Made by a program: the position numbers and the translations under genes
Notes under the pieces: generated by a model
The model's input: only the letters and a program-made list of their open reading frames with translations
Told to the model about the DNA's origin: nothing
Databases searched by the model: none
Part shown: positions 34,278-47,077 of the stretch, piece by piece
Numbering within the stretch: position 1 is the stretch's first letter
Layout: each line of letters opens with the position of its first letter
DNA from: Macrostomum hystrix
Lineage: Eukaryota; Animalia; Platyhelminthes
NCBI GenBank assembly: GCA_950097015.1
Contig: CATNEN010000038.1
Location: 21,762,001-21,826,000 of the forward strand
Reading direction: 5' to 3'
Length of the DNA stretch: 64,000 nucleotides

Positions 34278-36513
34278 ACGCGCTAGCGCTCATGGCTACG
34301 AACTCAGTAATTGCAAGCAAGATCATAACTTTCTAGCTGTATCCAAATGAACTAGTAATTGCAGACATGTGGTCTGCATGGCGGGATACCCGCGTGTGTT
34401 CTGCAAAGGAATTCAGTGTAAGCTTGTGTAAGTAAGGACGCGAAAAACGTTTTAAATTCTTATAATTACAACCACAAAAAATAAAAATAAAGTTGTTTTT
34501 CAAATTATTGCGTTTTCCAATTTGCTAAGCTTCTTTGAAAGGTCTTTAATTTTTATGCCCTTTCAATTAAACGTATTTTACATTTTGACGTAGAATTGAC
34601 AATAGCTCTTTGGTCAAGTGCAATAATTATGTCACTGTACCGCTTTCCTGAAATTTATGATAATAAGCTTTGTATATACACAAATTGGATCCTCAATGCT
34701 TTCAAAAGACAGCACTTGTGCAACGCTGCCCATTCGAATTTCATTTGCAAAAACGTTGCAAACTTTGGGGTGCAAAATAACATTGAAAAACAAAACTTGC
34801 AATAAAAAATAACTGTGCCTATTGTTTTCTAAATTTCACATCTGACTGTTTAGTGCATCCATCTAGGAATAATTTGAGGCTAGAGAGAAAAAGTATTTCA
34901 CAAGTCACTTTTTTATTATTTGCGTTTGAAATTTATACCTCTATTTTTGCAACGTTTTATGTTTTTGAGGTACAAAGTACCTCTAAACTGTACGCAGCTA
35001 CATGTACTGTACCTCGCTAGAAAGGTCGTCCAAGCACCGGTCTAATGACGCTATACTCGTTTCTTAATGTTGCACTGGTCAAAAGTTGTGCGCCAAAATC
35101 TTCTAAATTTGGCCGAGTCCAGGTAAAATTTTTGAAGGTTTTTGCAGCCTATCTCAGCCCCAGAATGATATGAAGAGTTGATCATTTACTAAATTGTCAA
35201 TGAATAAGTTGGCAGCCATACCAAATAGGCAGCTTGGCTGCCCCATAAAACTTACAATTGTTAGGGCTGCTTTTGTTATTCAAAAAATGACGAAAAATGA
35301 GCAAAAACACGTTTATGAAATTTGAAGCCAGAAAAAATCGTGACAGTGCACTAAAACAAACTGAAACTAACACAGTAATTTAGGCAACATCCAGATGATT
35401 GTAGAAACATGTGACACTAAGCCTTAGAAGGCTGTCTTCTCTACTTAAGAAGGCCTCAAAGTGCACCAATACAAAATGAACTTTTTAATTACACGTGTAC
35501 TTTTGTAGAACAGGTGCACATCTGGGATTGCGCATGCCGTCATTCGATAGACCCTGATGTCGTTGATAGTTCAGTTTGGCATGACATGCTTCATGCCAAA
35601 CTTAAAAAAACTAGCGCTTTTTGCACCTTGAAAAACACGTTTTTACCTTTGATGTACAAAAGTACAAATGTACTAAAAATCATTATTACTCTATTGTAGC
35701 TAATAAATTCCCGCATACGCTGACATAGAGCATTAGGCGACACCATGCACTCAATCCTTATTTTTCAAGATCAAAATTTCCGAGCAACTAGAAAATACAT
35801 ATTTTTCGTTGCCATGACAACCAAACAACGCGTTCTTGACAACGAAACATGCCCGTCCTGAAAGGCCTAGGTGTTGGACACCTTTTAGCGAAAACCGCAT
35901 CCCTTTGCTGCGCAGCGTTCTGAAATGGCGACAGTGAGAATTTGAAAAACATCGTTTTTAGTGTGGGCAGTTGATCTCGATCTTAGCAAGGATGGGTTCA
36001 CATATCGCAAGAACCCGTCCTTGCTGGCTGGTATGTTTGGCTTCATTATAGTAATATTTCTACTATTTTTACTAGATGAACTGTTTTTCATGACTTTTCA
36101 ACATTTTTTCGACGCGGTTCGATTTTACCAAAAAAATTTTTTATTTATCTGTTTTTCTGTTTTCTACATTTTTTTTCTGCATAGCTGTTTTCTAAACAAT
36201 TTTTCTAACAATTCCAAAATAAACTTAAAATGTCACGAGCCAGTTCAGCTCATTTTCCATACTATTGTCAAAGTCACTCCCGACTAGCTTAATTTTCGGA
36301 AGTTACACTCTGCGAGCGTCACCTGCACGCACTCGCGATAGTGTTTTATCGCAGCTTGTGCAGTTCTGAACAGTGAAACGTCTAGCAGTGGACATTGTAC
36401 ATTGCACTTACAAGTTAATTGACCTGTGAATTTGTTTACGTACAATATTCTAACCGAAGCAAACCTAAGTCGAAGTATTCTACGGTGAGAATAAGGACTA
36501 TAGTTTAGTTAAG

Positions 36514-38467
36514 ATGCTCATTCTGTTACTAGGTCTGATTGTGCTGCTGCTGTTGCTGCTGCCGCTGTGCCATTTCTTGTGCATCAAAAAGGCTCCGAAG
36601 CCGGGAGATCCGCCAAGTCCCGGCTGGCTCCCATTGGTAGGCAGCCTACCCTACCTGAAGCGACACCTGGCTGCACAGCTCCTCGATGCTTTCCCAACGT
36701 CGCCTCTGGTCGTTATTTACTACGGCCTAGAGCCAGTCTATGTGCTTAACAACTACGAGGCGTTCAACGAGGCCATGGTGAGACAGGGTTCCAGGTTCAT
36801 CGGCCGGCCAATCAGGGTGCTGCAGAAGTCGATGATGGGCAGCGACGGTGGTCTGGTGTCCACCGAGGGAGAACTGTGGCGCGAGTACCGGCGCTTTTCA
36901 TTGAAGACTCTGCGAGACTTTGGCTTCGGACGTCAAAGCGGCGAACAGATCATACTGCGCGAGGCCGACGAGCTCTGCGCTCTCATTGACTCGTCACCGT
37001 TGGGCCGAGCTATGGACACCACAGCGCTGTTCAGCCCGGCTGTCAGCAATGTCATCTGTCAGCTAGTTTTCGGCTGCCGTCTGGCTGCCGAGGACGCGCG
37101 ATTTCCACGACTGTTGGACGTGTTCCAGTCGCTCACTCAGAGTCGGGCCGTGCGTCACGTCAACACTATTTTGGGCGCAAATTATAGGTAGGAGCTCGGA
37201 ACAATTTAGTTGCACAAAACTGATCGTCAACACATCAAAGAGTGTGACGATCTTCACACCTTTGTGTGCGTCTGCGCGAGGTCACATTGTGCGTAGGCCA
37301 TAATACCCGAATAACATTGTGACAGGTACCTGGAGCAGTGTAGCTTGCTAGGTAGGCTTGTTCTACTCACACCAGAGAGGCGTAGAATGGTTCGCTTGAG
37401 TCGCCAGATGCTTGAATACTGCAAGGAGCAAGTCGTCAAGCACAAGCAAGACTTTGACAACCATTCGCAGCCAAAGGACTATATTGAGTCTCATATGCGG
37501 CTGCAAAATCAGCTGGACGAAGCGGGTAAGACTTCTCAGAAGCTGTCTGATGCTTCTGAATTGAGCCTAGAGTCTAGCTCTGCGAGACTTCATGAAAGAG
37601 GCGCTTCGATAAAGTGAGACTTCAGTAGAAAGTGAGACTTCAGTAGAAAGTGAGACTTCAGTAGAAAGTGAGACTTCAGTAGAAAGTGAGAATTCAGTTG
37701 TAAGTGAGACTTCAGTGGGAAGTGAGACTTCAGTGGGAAGTGATACCTGAAGGAAACGCTCGGAAATGAACTGCTGCTAAATAAAACACACCTATCGATC
37801 TTCAGGCCATTCGTCAGTGTTCACCGACCTTCGTCTGGCCATGGCAATTCGTGACCTGTTTATCGCGGGCACCGACACAACCTCCAACACGCTGCGCTGG
37901 TGCGTGCTGTACATGATTGAGAATCCGGATGCAGCCGACAAGGTATTCGAAGAGATTCGCATCAATATTGGCGCCGAGCGCGCGCCAATGTTGAAGGACA
38001 AAGCCTGCCTGCACTACACCTTGGCGGTGCTCGAAGAAGTACAGCGTCTCGGCAGTCTGGTGCCGATGGGAGTGGCACATCGCTGCCTGGAGGATTCAGA
38101 AATCTGCGGCTACCAAATCCCAGCGGATTCTGTTGTCATGCCAAACATCTACGCAATCCATCGCGATCCAGACGTCTTCCCGGAGCCCGAGAAGTTCCAG
38201 CCAGAGCGTCACTTGGATGGCAATGGTCGATTCAGGCCGCACGACCACGTGGTGCCGTTCGGGTCCGGTAAGCGAGCCTGCCTCGGCGAGAGTCTGGCCC
38301 GATCTGAACTCTTTATCTTCTTTGCCCGCCTGGCCCAGCGGTATCACTTCAGCCTGGAGCCTGACTTCAGCCGCAGCTTGGCCGATATCAAAGCCAATGC
38401 CGACAACCAGGGCGGAGGGATTCGTGCCCCGGCTGAGCATAAGATCATTTTTAATCGCAGGATTTAA
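36514..38467 (+). CDS. Cytochrome P450, CYP2 clan
   Basis: Exons 36514-37187, 37326-37525, 37806-38467. N-terminal membrane anchor, WREYRRFSLKTLRDFGFG, I-helix AGTDTT, EVQR, PERH, heme motif PFGSGKRACLGE. Confidence 0.95.
37610..37745. repeat. 18-bp intronic minisatellite
   Basis: Unit aagtgagacttcagtaga. Confidence 0.9.
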
Positions 38468-40085
38468 TAAACCAAGTTCTTATCTGGCGAAATTACAAAC
38501 ATTTTCTTAGAGTATCTCTATTTTTAATGTAGATTGTAAATTAGACAATTCGGAAATAAACTAGCTTTCATACGCCCAGGCGTCTAATGCATGGAATCGA
38601 GGCACTAAAAAGAGATGTTAATACTCGTAACTTAACATTTTCGTGTAAAAAGCGTTTTGATTTTCACATTTTCAGTGAGAAATCGTGCATTCAGTATACC
38701 GGGAAAAAAATATGCTGGCAGAAAAAGGGATTTAGTTTTTTGGCTTACAAGCTGGCATCAACATGCTGGCTAGGATGTGTTAATAATAATCGTACGACAA
38801 CTAATAATAATATTTTAAAATATATATTATTAATAGCTATAATAATAATTGCACGTTGACTGCGGGCAATGGCACGTCATTTGGTGACACTAGACCCACA
38901 GCCAGCGTGGAGGCAATTCTTCTCATTTCGCTGACTCCTGAGCACACACGCACACAGATACCGTACGCAGGTATTCGCTCACACAGGTGTGTAGATCTGC
39001 CCTGACTTTCTCATCGTCAGGCTGTGTACACTGCCACTGTGCCTTGGAGGTTAGCCGTCAAGGTCGTAAATTGCACGACAAGCCCCCGAGCCTTCTCCAC
39101 GCGGCAGCGCCCCCAAATGAATGTGGTGGCCTCGCCGCTGAATCGAGCTCAACAACATTGGCGAGAGAGGAAAACGCATTGACCGCTCTGCCAATGACCC
39201 CCGGAAATGTGAAATTCCTAGAAAAGAATAAATCAGTTAGTCGCTTCATTCAAAGACTCTCTTGTTGACTGAACGCATCGCCCTGGCCGTAAATATCGAC
39301 TTCTGCACTAAAAGAAGCTTAAATAAAAAGTCGTTTGGGTCCATTGAGTCAATCATCGTAAATAGTTATATAACAGATTTCTTTTAGTTTCTCTCTATTC
39401 GGAGGTGTGAAGTACTTTCTTTCTTTCTCGCTCTATGTCACGTAACCTTTGGTCTATTCACCCTTGCGTGCGTTTTTGTGCACTTCCAATGACCCCATAC
39501 CTATTTACATGACTTAGTCTACCTTACTCAACCCTATTTATATACTGCCTATGCCAACTTTCACCAAATAGACTGTTCCTGACGATGCCTTAAGCAAAGG
39601 CGAAACATATTGAAAATGAAATAAAATAAAAACATGGCTATTCTTTTTTTCATCTTCCTACTAATTCTTAAACGTGCCGTTCTACCAGACTCAAATTTCT
39701 TATGGGATTTATCAAGGCAATTAGCAAACGATAGACAAACTAAATATTTGGGTGGTAAGTTAAATCTAAAAAGGAACAATCAGTAATATGTATGCGATTT
39801 GGAGGATTTGGAGGTAAAGAGTGCGAGGCAAAGCCAGCTCTAGTCTATCTCAGGAAACAAAACTTAGGACACGGGAAGTGCACTCACAAAATTGAAGTTT
39901 TAATTCGTGCTCAGCATTGCATTTATCGATGGCTTAAAACAGTTCATCAACTCTACTAAAACACACGCTGAAATTTGACTGGATCTGAAACAATCTTTGC
40001 TATGCCGGCTTGCATATTCAATTAAGTTTTAAGTATTGATGTTTGTCTGTCAAACTTCCAGAATTCAAAGGCTGCCAATCAAACT

Positions 40086-41219
40086 TCAAGGTGATCCGGA
40101 CACCATGCACTCGACCGTCTTCATCGAGTAGGCGTGCGTCAGCGGGTAGGCTATAACTGCGCTTTCGAATGTTAATCCAGTCGCCCACAATGAGCCAACT
40201 AAGTTCAGAGAAGTCGGAGGTGTGTAGTACCTGCCGTTCGGATTAAAACAATGGCAGCTGGCGTACCACCACGAGCCTTTAAAAGTGATTGCGCAATTAT
40301 CCGTTGAGGTGTCCTGATCCTTATCTGGTGTACTGAACGAGACATTGTTCATGTAGGAGATAAAATTGCGAGGCATGGTTACAACATTCGAGTTGGCGAG
40401 GTCCTGCGCTCCGACGCTCACTCGGTATCCCTGGTCGACGCCCTGCACTGAGAAGTACGTGTCCTCCCACCAGTAGCGAGTGCCGTTCCAGTCGCTCATC
40501 TCCCACCTCACTCGCCTGTCGCCGGCCCGAGTCAGCAGGTGAATCGCCTCCAGACCCATCCAGTAGTTTCTGTCCTCTCCCTGACCGAATTCCGTCAGGT
40601 AGTCAGTCCAGTTGCGGTAGAAATCCACCGAGCCGTCCACTCGGTGCTGGAAGGTCCGCCAGCAGGTGCGTCCGAGCTCATCGAGACGCCTCACCTGCAA
40701 TTCGATGGCAGAATATAGATCAAGGCATTCAAATGAGTTACAGAGCAGGGCCTGGGGCTGGGATTTTTCTCTTGCGGGCATCCTCGTCAAGACATCGCAT
40801 CAAGATGGTGACTCTGAAGGCGCTGTTGCAGCTCATACAGCTGCGATGCCTTTTCAATGGGGCATGGAATAGGTGGAGTGGACACAATGAGACAGGCAAA
40901 AGCTTGGTCATGTAATTACCAGCAGCAGAGGCAGGCTTGAGTTCCTGGCATTGCGGCACTTCCTGCAGCCACTTCGCCCCAGCTGGCAGCTGTACAGACG
41001 GCAGGTGCCGAGCTCGCCAGAACTGAACTGGACCGCCTGATGTCGCGACTCAGCCAGGATCGTGCACTCCAGGTCGCTTCTGACATTGTTAAGAACGGCA
41101 TCGAGCTGGTACTCGCTCAGGTCGTCCCTCTGCTCGGCCCAATGGCTCTGAGCATCGGCTGCTTGGTGACAGCCGAGGCTCAGAAGAAGCAGCGTCACAA
41201 GAAGAGAAAATTCTCTCAT
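40086..41219 (-). CDS. Secreted fibrinogen-related protein (FReD) with N-terminal Cys-rich (PAN/apple-like) segment
   Basis: Exon 1 41219-40920 (signal peptide MREFSLLVTLLLLSLGC), phase-0 intron, exon 2 40694-40086. FBG motifs FQHRVDGSVDFYRNWTDY..FG, YWMGLEAIHLLT, FSTPDKDQD, NCA, GSWWYASCH. Confidence 0.9.
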
Positions 41220-42414
41220 GGCCTAAGAGTTCCAGACTACGCTTTTCTAAGTCCCAGACAGTTTTTTTCTAATTTGTAATTTCTGTAATTTCTGTAAGCG
41301 CAATTTCTAACGCTTGGTAATTTTTTAAACCCGGAAAGGGCCTCCTCATATTTATGGGCGCCATAGGCAACGCTATATATTTACTGCGATGCTTTCGCAT
41401 CCTCCGCTTGGGTGGCCATGCAGCTGTTTTGCATTGCCAAAGAGTGCAGTAAAGAAACTGAGGCTAGTTTGTTCTGGATTTGAACCTGTGAGATAATTGC
41501 ACATTGAAAAAGCCCTGAAATGGCCATATATTTATGACCACCTCCTGCAGAAGCTGTGGATTTTTTAGTTTCCGCTGCCTCCAGTGAGAAGGCAGGAGCT
41601 TAATTTGGGGCTTGTTTGCGATTATGAAACTGCGGTAGATGGGACTATTATTTTGGACTCTGCTTGAAAAGCATTTGAGCTCATTATTGCTCTGAAAAGT
41701 TAAAGCAAATCATCCTGAAAAACTCTAGCTCATTGATGACTTTTAATTGGAATAATTGCTGTTGCACGTCATAGAGCACTCAATACTTTACAACTCTTTC
41801 GCATTGCCTGTGTATAGGGACGCAATATTAACAGTAGAAAGACCGCGCTATCGACCACCTCATGAGGCCAGTGTTTGCTGAGTATACAGTTGCTCTACAG
41901 ATAAACATATCGAATTAAGCTGTCACACATCACACATACCCAGCATGCAGATGGGATTTAGTGGAATCCAATTTTCTGGAGAGAACTGGCGACTGCATTC
42001 TTCCAGTCTCCACCACGTAGTGCAGGCACCAATTTGAATTTATTTCGCGGCATTGCGGCTCTAGACAGAAGCAAACTACTCCCGAAGTCTTTGAATCAAA
42101 CACCAATCCAAGCAATCCCTGGAAAAAGCACTCAAATGAAACTCCAACGCTTGGATTTGGCATACATGTCCTACAATAGCTCAACAAAACTTTTTACGGA
42201 TAAATATTATACGTAATTAGTACTTAATACATAATTATACTGATCTAGTTGAATTGAAATATACATTCACTGAAAATTTAAAGGAATATTTACTCACTAA
42301 ACTATATTTGCGAACTGCTTGAGCAATATTCTCGTCAGTTTTGTTTATTAATTTAACAAGTTACTCTCAGTAGTGACGGAACAATAAAAAATGAGAAACA
42401 CAAAAGTACAAGCC

Positions 42415-42717
42415 CTAGCGATCGTAGCCAACACAGTCGCCTTTGCCAAGCAGGCAGGCTTGAAAGCTCGTGTCCGGCTGTTTGCACTTCTCATGCTCAG
42501 GGTTTGAGCAGTCCCTTTTGACGCCCTCGCATAGGCCGCCAGCTTCGTAGACGCACTTGCAGGCGGTGTTTGGCGCAGCGGCCACCTTGATGACGCAGCC
42601 AAACTTGGCCTTGACGTAGGCGCACTGGCAGGACTCGGTTGGGCGACCGTGCGCTTCTAGTACTACTAGTATTAGTAGTGTGAAAGCGAGTAGACTGACT
42701 GGCTTGAATTGGCGCAT
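42415..42717 (-). CDS. Secreted 10-Cys peptide, paralog A (intronless CDS)
   Basis: Signal peptide plus C-x-C-x8-C-x11-C-x-C-x7-C-x6-C-x7-C-x9-C-x6-C-VGY; TATA-like tatataag upstream at ~42805. Confidence 0.85.
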   Translation of the reverse strand: MRQFKPVSLLAFTLLILVVLEAHGRPTESCQCAYVKAKFGCVIKVAAAPNTACKCVYEAGGLCEGVKRDCSNPEHEKCKQPDTSFQACLLGKGDCVGYDR

Positions 42718-43149
42718 TGTTGTTGTGGTGCTGAGTTTCCTAGAAATACGAGTGAGTATAGCTTCCGATGACGGTTACATCTTGAGTAGAGTGAGTATTT
42801 AACTTATATATATTTTAGACCAGTGCAGTTATCTATACACTAGGAAGTGAGACTCATCATGCTCAAGGCAAGGTGGATTACAAAACGTGCTTATAAAATC
42901 AAACAATTCCACGTAGTTTCTATTTGTTAACTTCACTTTTTAAATCGATAAAATTATCACATTGCGAATGCAATTATTGCTTCACTGACCCTTGAATACA
43001 ACACAATACCCAGTTAACTGCTGCATGGTTTTAAAAACAAAATCTTATTCAAAGTGCTTTTAAACCGAGAATATCGTAAGAACGTCCTGCGGAAGTCCCT
43101 GCAGAACTTTAGAACGAATTATATAATAAAACATACAATAGACTGCAAA

Positions 43150-44925
43150 TTTTGAGTCGATAGTGATAGTGGACAGTGAGAGTGGACAGGAAGAGTAGAT
43201 CGTGAGAGTGGATTGGGAGAGTGGACAGTGAGAGTGGACTGTGAGAGTGGACAGTGAGAGTGGACATTGAGAGTGGACAGTGAGAGTGGATAGTTTGAGT
43301 GGACAGTGAGAGTAGACAGTAAGAGTGGACAGTGAGAGAGGATAGTTTGAGTGGACAGTGAGAGTAGACAGTGAGAGTGGACAGTGAGAGTAGACAGTGA
43401 GAGTGGACAGCGAGAGTGGATAGGGAGAGTGGACAGTGAGAGTAGACAGTGAGAGTGGACAGTGAGAGTGGACAGTGAGAGTAGACAGTGAGAGTGGACA
43501 GTGAGAGTAGACAGTGAGAGTGGACAGTGAGACTGGATAGGGAGAGTGGACAGTGAGAGTAGATCGTGAGTGGATTGGAGAGTGGATAGGGAGAGTGGAC
43601 AGTGAGAGTGGACATTGAGAGTGGACAGTGAGAGTGGACAGTGAGAGTCGATAGTGATAGTGGACAGTGAGAGTGGACGGGGAGAGTAGATCGTGAGAGT
43701 GGATTGGGAGAGTGGACAGTGAGAGTGGACAGTGAGAGTGGACAGTGAGAGTGAACAGTGAGAGTGGACAGTGAGAGTGGATAGTGAGAGTGGATAGGGT
43801 GAGTGGACAGTGAGAGTGGACAGTGAGGGTGGACAGTGAGAGTGGACAGTGAGGGTGGACAGTGAGAGTAGACAGTGAGAGTGGACAGTGAGAGTGGATA
43901 GCGAGAGTGGACAGTAAGAGTGGACAGTGAGAGTGGACAGTGAGAGTGGACAGTGAGAGTGGACAGTGAGAGTGGACAGTGAGAGTGGACAGTGAGAGTG
44001 GACAGTGAGAGTGGACAGTGAGAGTGGATAGTGAGAGTGGATAGGGTGAGTGGACAGTGAGAGTGGACAGTGAGGGTGGACAGTGAGAGCTGTGGACAGT
44101 GAGGGTGGACAGTGAGAGTAGACAGTGAGAGTGGACAGTGAGAGTGGATAGCGAGAGTGGACAGTAAGAGTGGACAGTGAGAGTGGACAGTGAGAGTGGA
44201 CAGTGAGAGTGGACAGTGAGAGTGGACAGTGAGAGTGGATAGCGAGAGTGGACAGTAAGAGTGGACAGTGAGAGTGGACAGTGAGAGTGGACAGTGAGAG
44301 TGGACAGTGAGAGTGGACAGTGAGAGTAGACAGTGAGAGTGGACAGCGAGAGTGGATAGGGAGAGTAGATCGTGAGTGGATTGGAGAGTGGATAGGGAGA
44401 GTGGACAGTGAGAGTGGACAGTGAGAGTGGACGGGGAGAGTAGATCGTGAGAGTGGATTGGGAGAGTGGACAGTGAGAGTGGACAGTGAGAGTGGACAGT
44501 GAGAGTGGACAGTGAGAATGGATAGTGAGAGTGGATAGGGTGAGTGGACAGTGAGAGTGGACAGTGAGGGTGGACAGTGAGAGTGGACAGTGAGGGTGGA
44601 CAGTGAGAGTAGACAGTGAGAGTGGACAGTGAGAGTGGATAGCGAGAGTGGACAGTAAGAGTGGACAGTGAGAGTGGACAGTGAGAGTGGACAGTGAGAG
44701 TGGACAGTGAGAGTGGACAGTGAGAGTAGACAGTGAGAGTGGACAGCGAGAGTGGATAGGGAGAGTAGATCGTGAGTGGATTGGAGAGTGGATAGGGAGA
44801 GTGGACAGTGAGAGTGGACAGTGAGAGTGGACAGTGAGATTGGACAGTGAGAGTGGACAGTGAGAGTGGACAGTGAGAGTAGACAGCGAGAGTGGACAGT
44901 GAGAGTGGATTGGGAGAGTGGGAAA
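43150..44925. repeat. 13-bp intergenic minisatellite between the two peptide genes
   Basis: Unit gtggacagtgaga, with higher-order block duplications. Confidence 0.97.
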
Positions 44926-45132
44926 GTCAGTAAAGGAGACACTTTTGTTAGAATCAAATAAGCAAAGATGACAGTTGCATTCAGAGACTAAGTAATTAGG
45001 TAGTCCCTCGTTGGATTGTTTTATTCATAAAGATCGCGCAGACAAGAGTGCCATTAGTGATTGGCATCAAAAGCTTTTGTTCGAATGTATTTTGTAACGA
45101 GATCACGCTTTCATTTCGTGATCACAACGAAA

Positions 45133-45896
45133 CTAGTCGAAATCCGGCAGGCTGTAGACCCTCGTGCCGTTGACAATCTCGGAGGCGTAGCCGACGCAGT
45201 CGCCTCTGCCCTGACGACAAGCTTCAAAGGAGCGATCCGGCGAAATGCACTTCCGGCTGGACGGTTTGGCGCAGTCGCGTTCAAAAGCGATGCACCTGCC
45301 ACCGCTCTCGTAGACGCACTTGCAGGCCCGCATTGGCTCGGCCGGCTCCGAGATGATGCAACCGCCGGTCTGACGGACGAAGCGACAGTCGCAGCCGGCC
45401 GCGTCCTACAGGTTTTTTTGGCTATAAATGTTCAGCTATTGCTACTACTGTGTGCGTAAGTAGCATAGTTCGAATGTGCATTTTGTGAAACAGAACTATT
45501 AACACTTTAACAGTCGACTCTCACTATCCACTTATTTAAAAAAAATGTCGTTTTCTGCTCCTATCGGGCCAGATGTGCAGCGCTGCCGCAGCTATATTGT
45601 GTGGCACATTCGAAGGCTGTGTACGGCTGTTCAGTCCACGGACTTGGGGGACGCCTCACACACGCTTAATTAAACCACTTAAGGCCGGTACTCATTTAAC
45701 AGCTGAGTGAGCTGATGCAGTTCAGAGTTAAGTGTCTTGCTAGAGGACACAAATTTTTCTGCAGTAGAGTCGGGAATCGAACCCCCAACCTTCAAGTCGT
45801 ATTTGCAAGGTATTATGAACTTACCATGACAATGGCTAGCATGGCAACAAACAATATAAGCAAGGGACATACGACCAACTTTGAGTTGTGCGACAT
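45133..45896 (-). CDS. Secreted 10-Cys peptide, paralog B (two exons)
   Basis: Exon 1 45896-45825 MSHNSKLVVCPLLILFVAMLAIVM|gtaagt; exon 2 tag|45405-45133 DAAGCDCRFVRQTGGCIISEPAEPMRACKCVYESGGRC...GDCVGY...; Cys spacing identical to paralog A. Confidence 0.85.
45560..45800 (-). mobile_element. tRNA-derived SINE family 1 inside the intron of peptide paralog B
   Basis: Matches 46384-46640 (gttaagtgtcttgcta..ggacacaaat, gggaatcgaacccc). Confidence 0.8.
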
Positions 45897-46352
45897 TTCA
45901 CAGACTTCACTGTTTGAAATATCTTGCAGTTGAATGTAGGTTAGGGCTGTGAGATCAGAGAGTAGCACTGCACGATTCACTTTTACCATAAAATTTGCTT
46001 CGATTGTGTGCCCTATTTATATTTTAACATGTAAAATTCATGTGACACGCGCCAATAAAATCTTTCCATCTACCATTCAGCAGAGGTGCATAAACACCAA
46101 TTGCGCGTGCCAAAATTAATACTAGCTCACTCAAAACTGACTAACTTCCGGTCATGAAATTTCCTACCGGAAAACTTGTTGTGAATCAAAACTTTTTTGT
46201 TATTGTCCGTTGACCACGTGTAGCTATTTTACAGTCAATGCTATATATGCACAGCTGCTTAAGTTAAAACAAAATTCGTCAATATTTTTTGTCGAACGAT
46301 CAGTCAAATGACCGCTGCAGTCTAAAGCAAGGCAGGGTAGTTGCTATAAACG

Positions 46353-46670
46353 TAATAATAATAATAATAATAATAATTGATTACACCTGCCCCAATAGGT
46401 GCAGATGTCCAGCCGACAGCACTGCCGCAGCTAATGCGCGGCGCATCTGAAGGCTGCGTACAGCTGTTCAGTCCATGGACTGGGGGGACGCCACACCCAC
46501 CTTCAATTATCCCAGGTGATGCTGGTGCCCATTTAACAGCTGGGTGAACTGAAGCAATGCAGAGTTAAGTGTCTTGCTAAAGGACACAAATTGTTTCAGT
46601 GGAGTCGGGAATCGAACCCCCGACCTTCAAATCGTGAGTCCGACACTCTAACCACTAGGCTACAACCTCT
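46353..46670 (-). mobile_element. tRNA-derived SINE family 1, near full length with (TTA)n tail
   Basis: Minus strand: gaggttgtagcctagtggttagag (A-box) ... ggttcgattcccg (B-box) ... core ... ggggcaggtgtaatcaa(tta)n. Confidence 0.9.
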
Positions 46671-47077
46671 TCCAGTCAAAGGCACCATCCGACAGAGAAT
46701 CCACATTCAGAGCGACGCTAAACATGCACTTATATAAACATAAGTGAAGTATATGACTAGTCTATAACGATCGAATTCTATTTAATTGTAAAAGACGGCC
46801 AGTTTCGCGCACTCGTGCTAAGACCGTTAAAGCACTCAGCGGCGATATATTAATCCTACATTCGAATCGTCAGTGTTTGCCCGCGAATTTACTCTATGGC
46901 ATTCTTCAATAAGAGTAGAGTATTGTAACGGAAACAAATTAACAGTATATTAATCAACAACACAAAAGTACATGTTGAAACATTAGTTGTTAATCATAGT
47001 TCAATAATTAACGAGTAATAAGTCATCAACTAAGCCATCCAATGTTAAAAGTAGAAGTTGAGTCGCACTCCATCCTT

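Noticed and set aside
34560-36290. Possible non-autonomous DNA transposon, including an RFX X-box-like gttgccatgacaac at ~35808
   Set aside because: Only a 10-bp candidate inverted match (ttgacaatag), no TSD or second copy in the window; boundaries cannot be supported.
43088-43102. NF-kB-like site (ggaagtccc) upstream of peptide A; also ggaaattcccc at ~31035
   Set aside because: Short motifs expected by chance; the second lies within a repeat element; presence of NF-kB in this organism is unknown.
43109-44957. 612-aa His/Cys-rich ORF resembling a zinc-binding protein
   Set aside because: Translation of the 13-bp minisatellite.
45061-45459. 132-aa + strand ORF
   Set aside because: Antisense shadow of the GC-rich exon of peptide paralog B.
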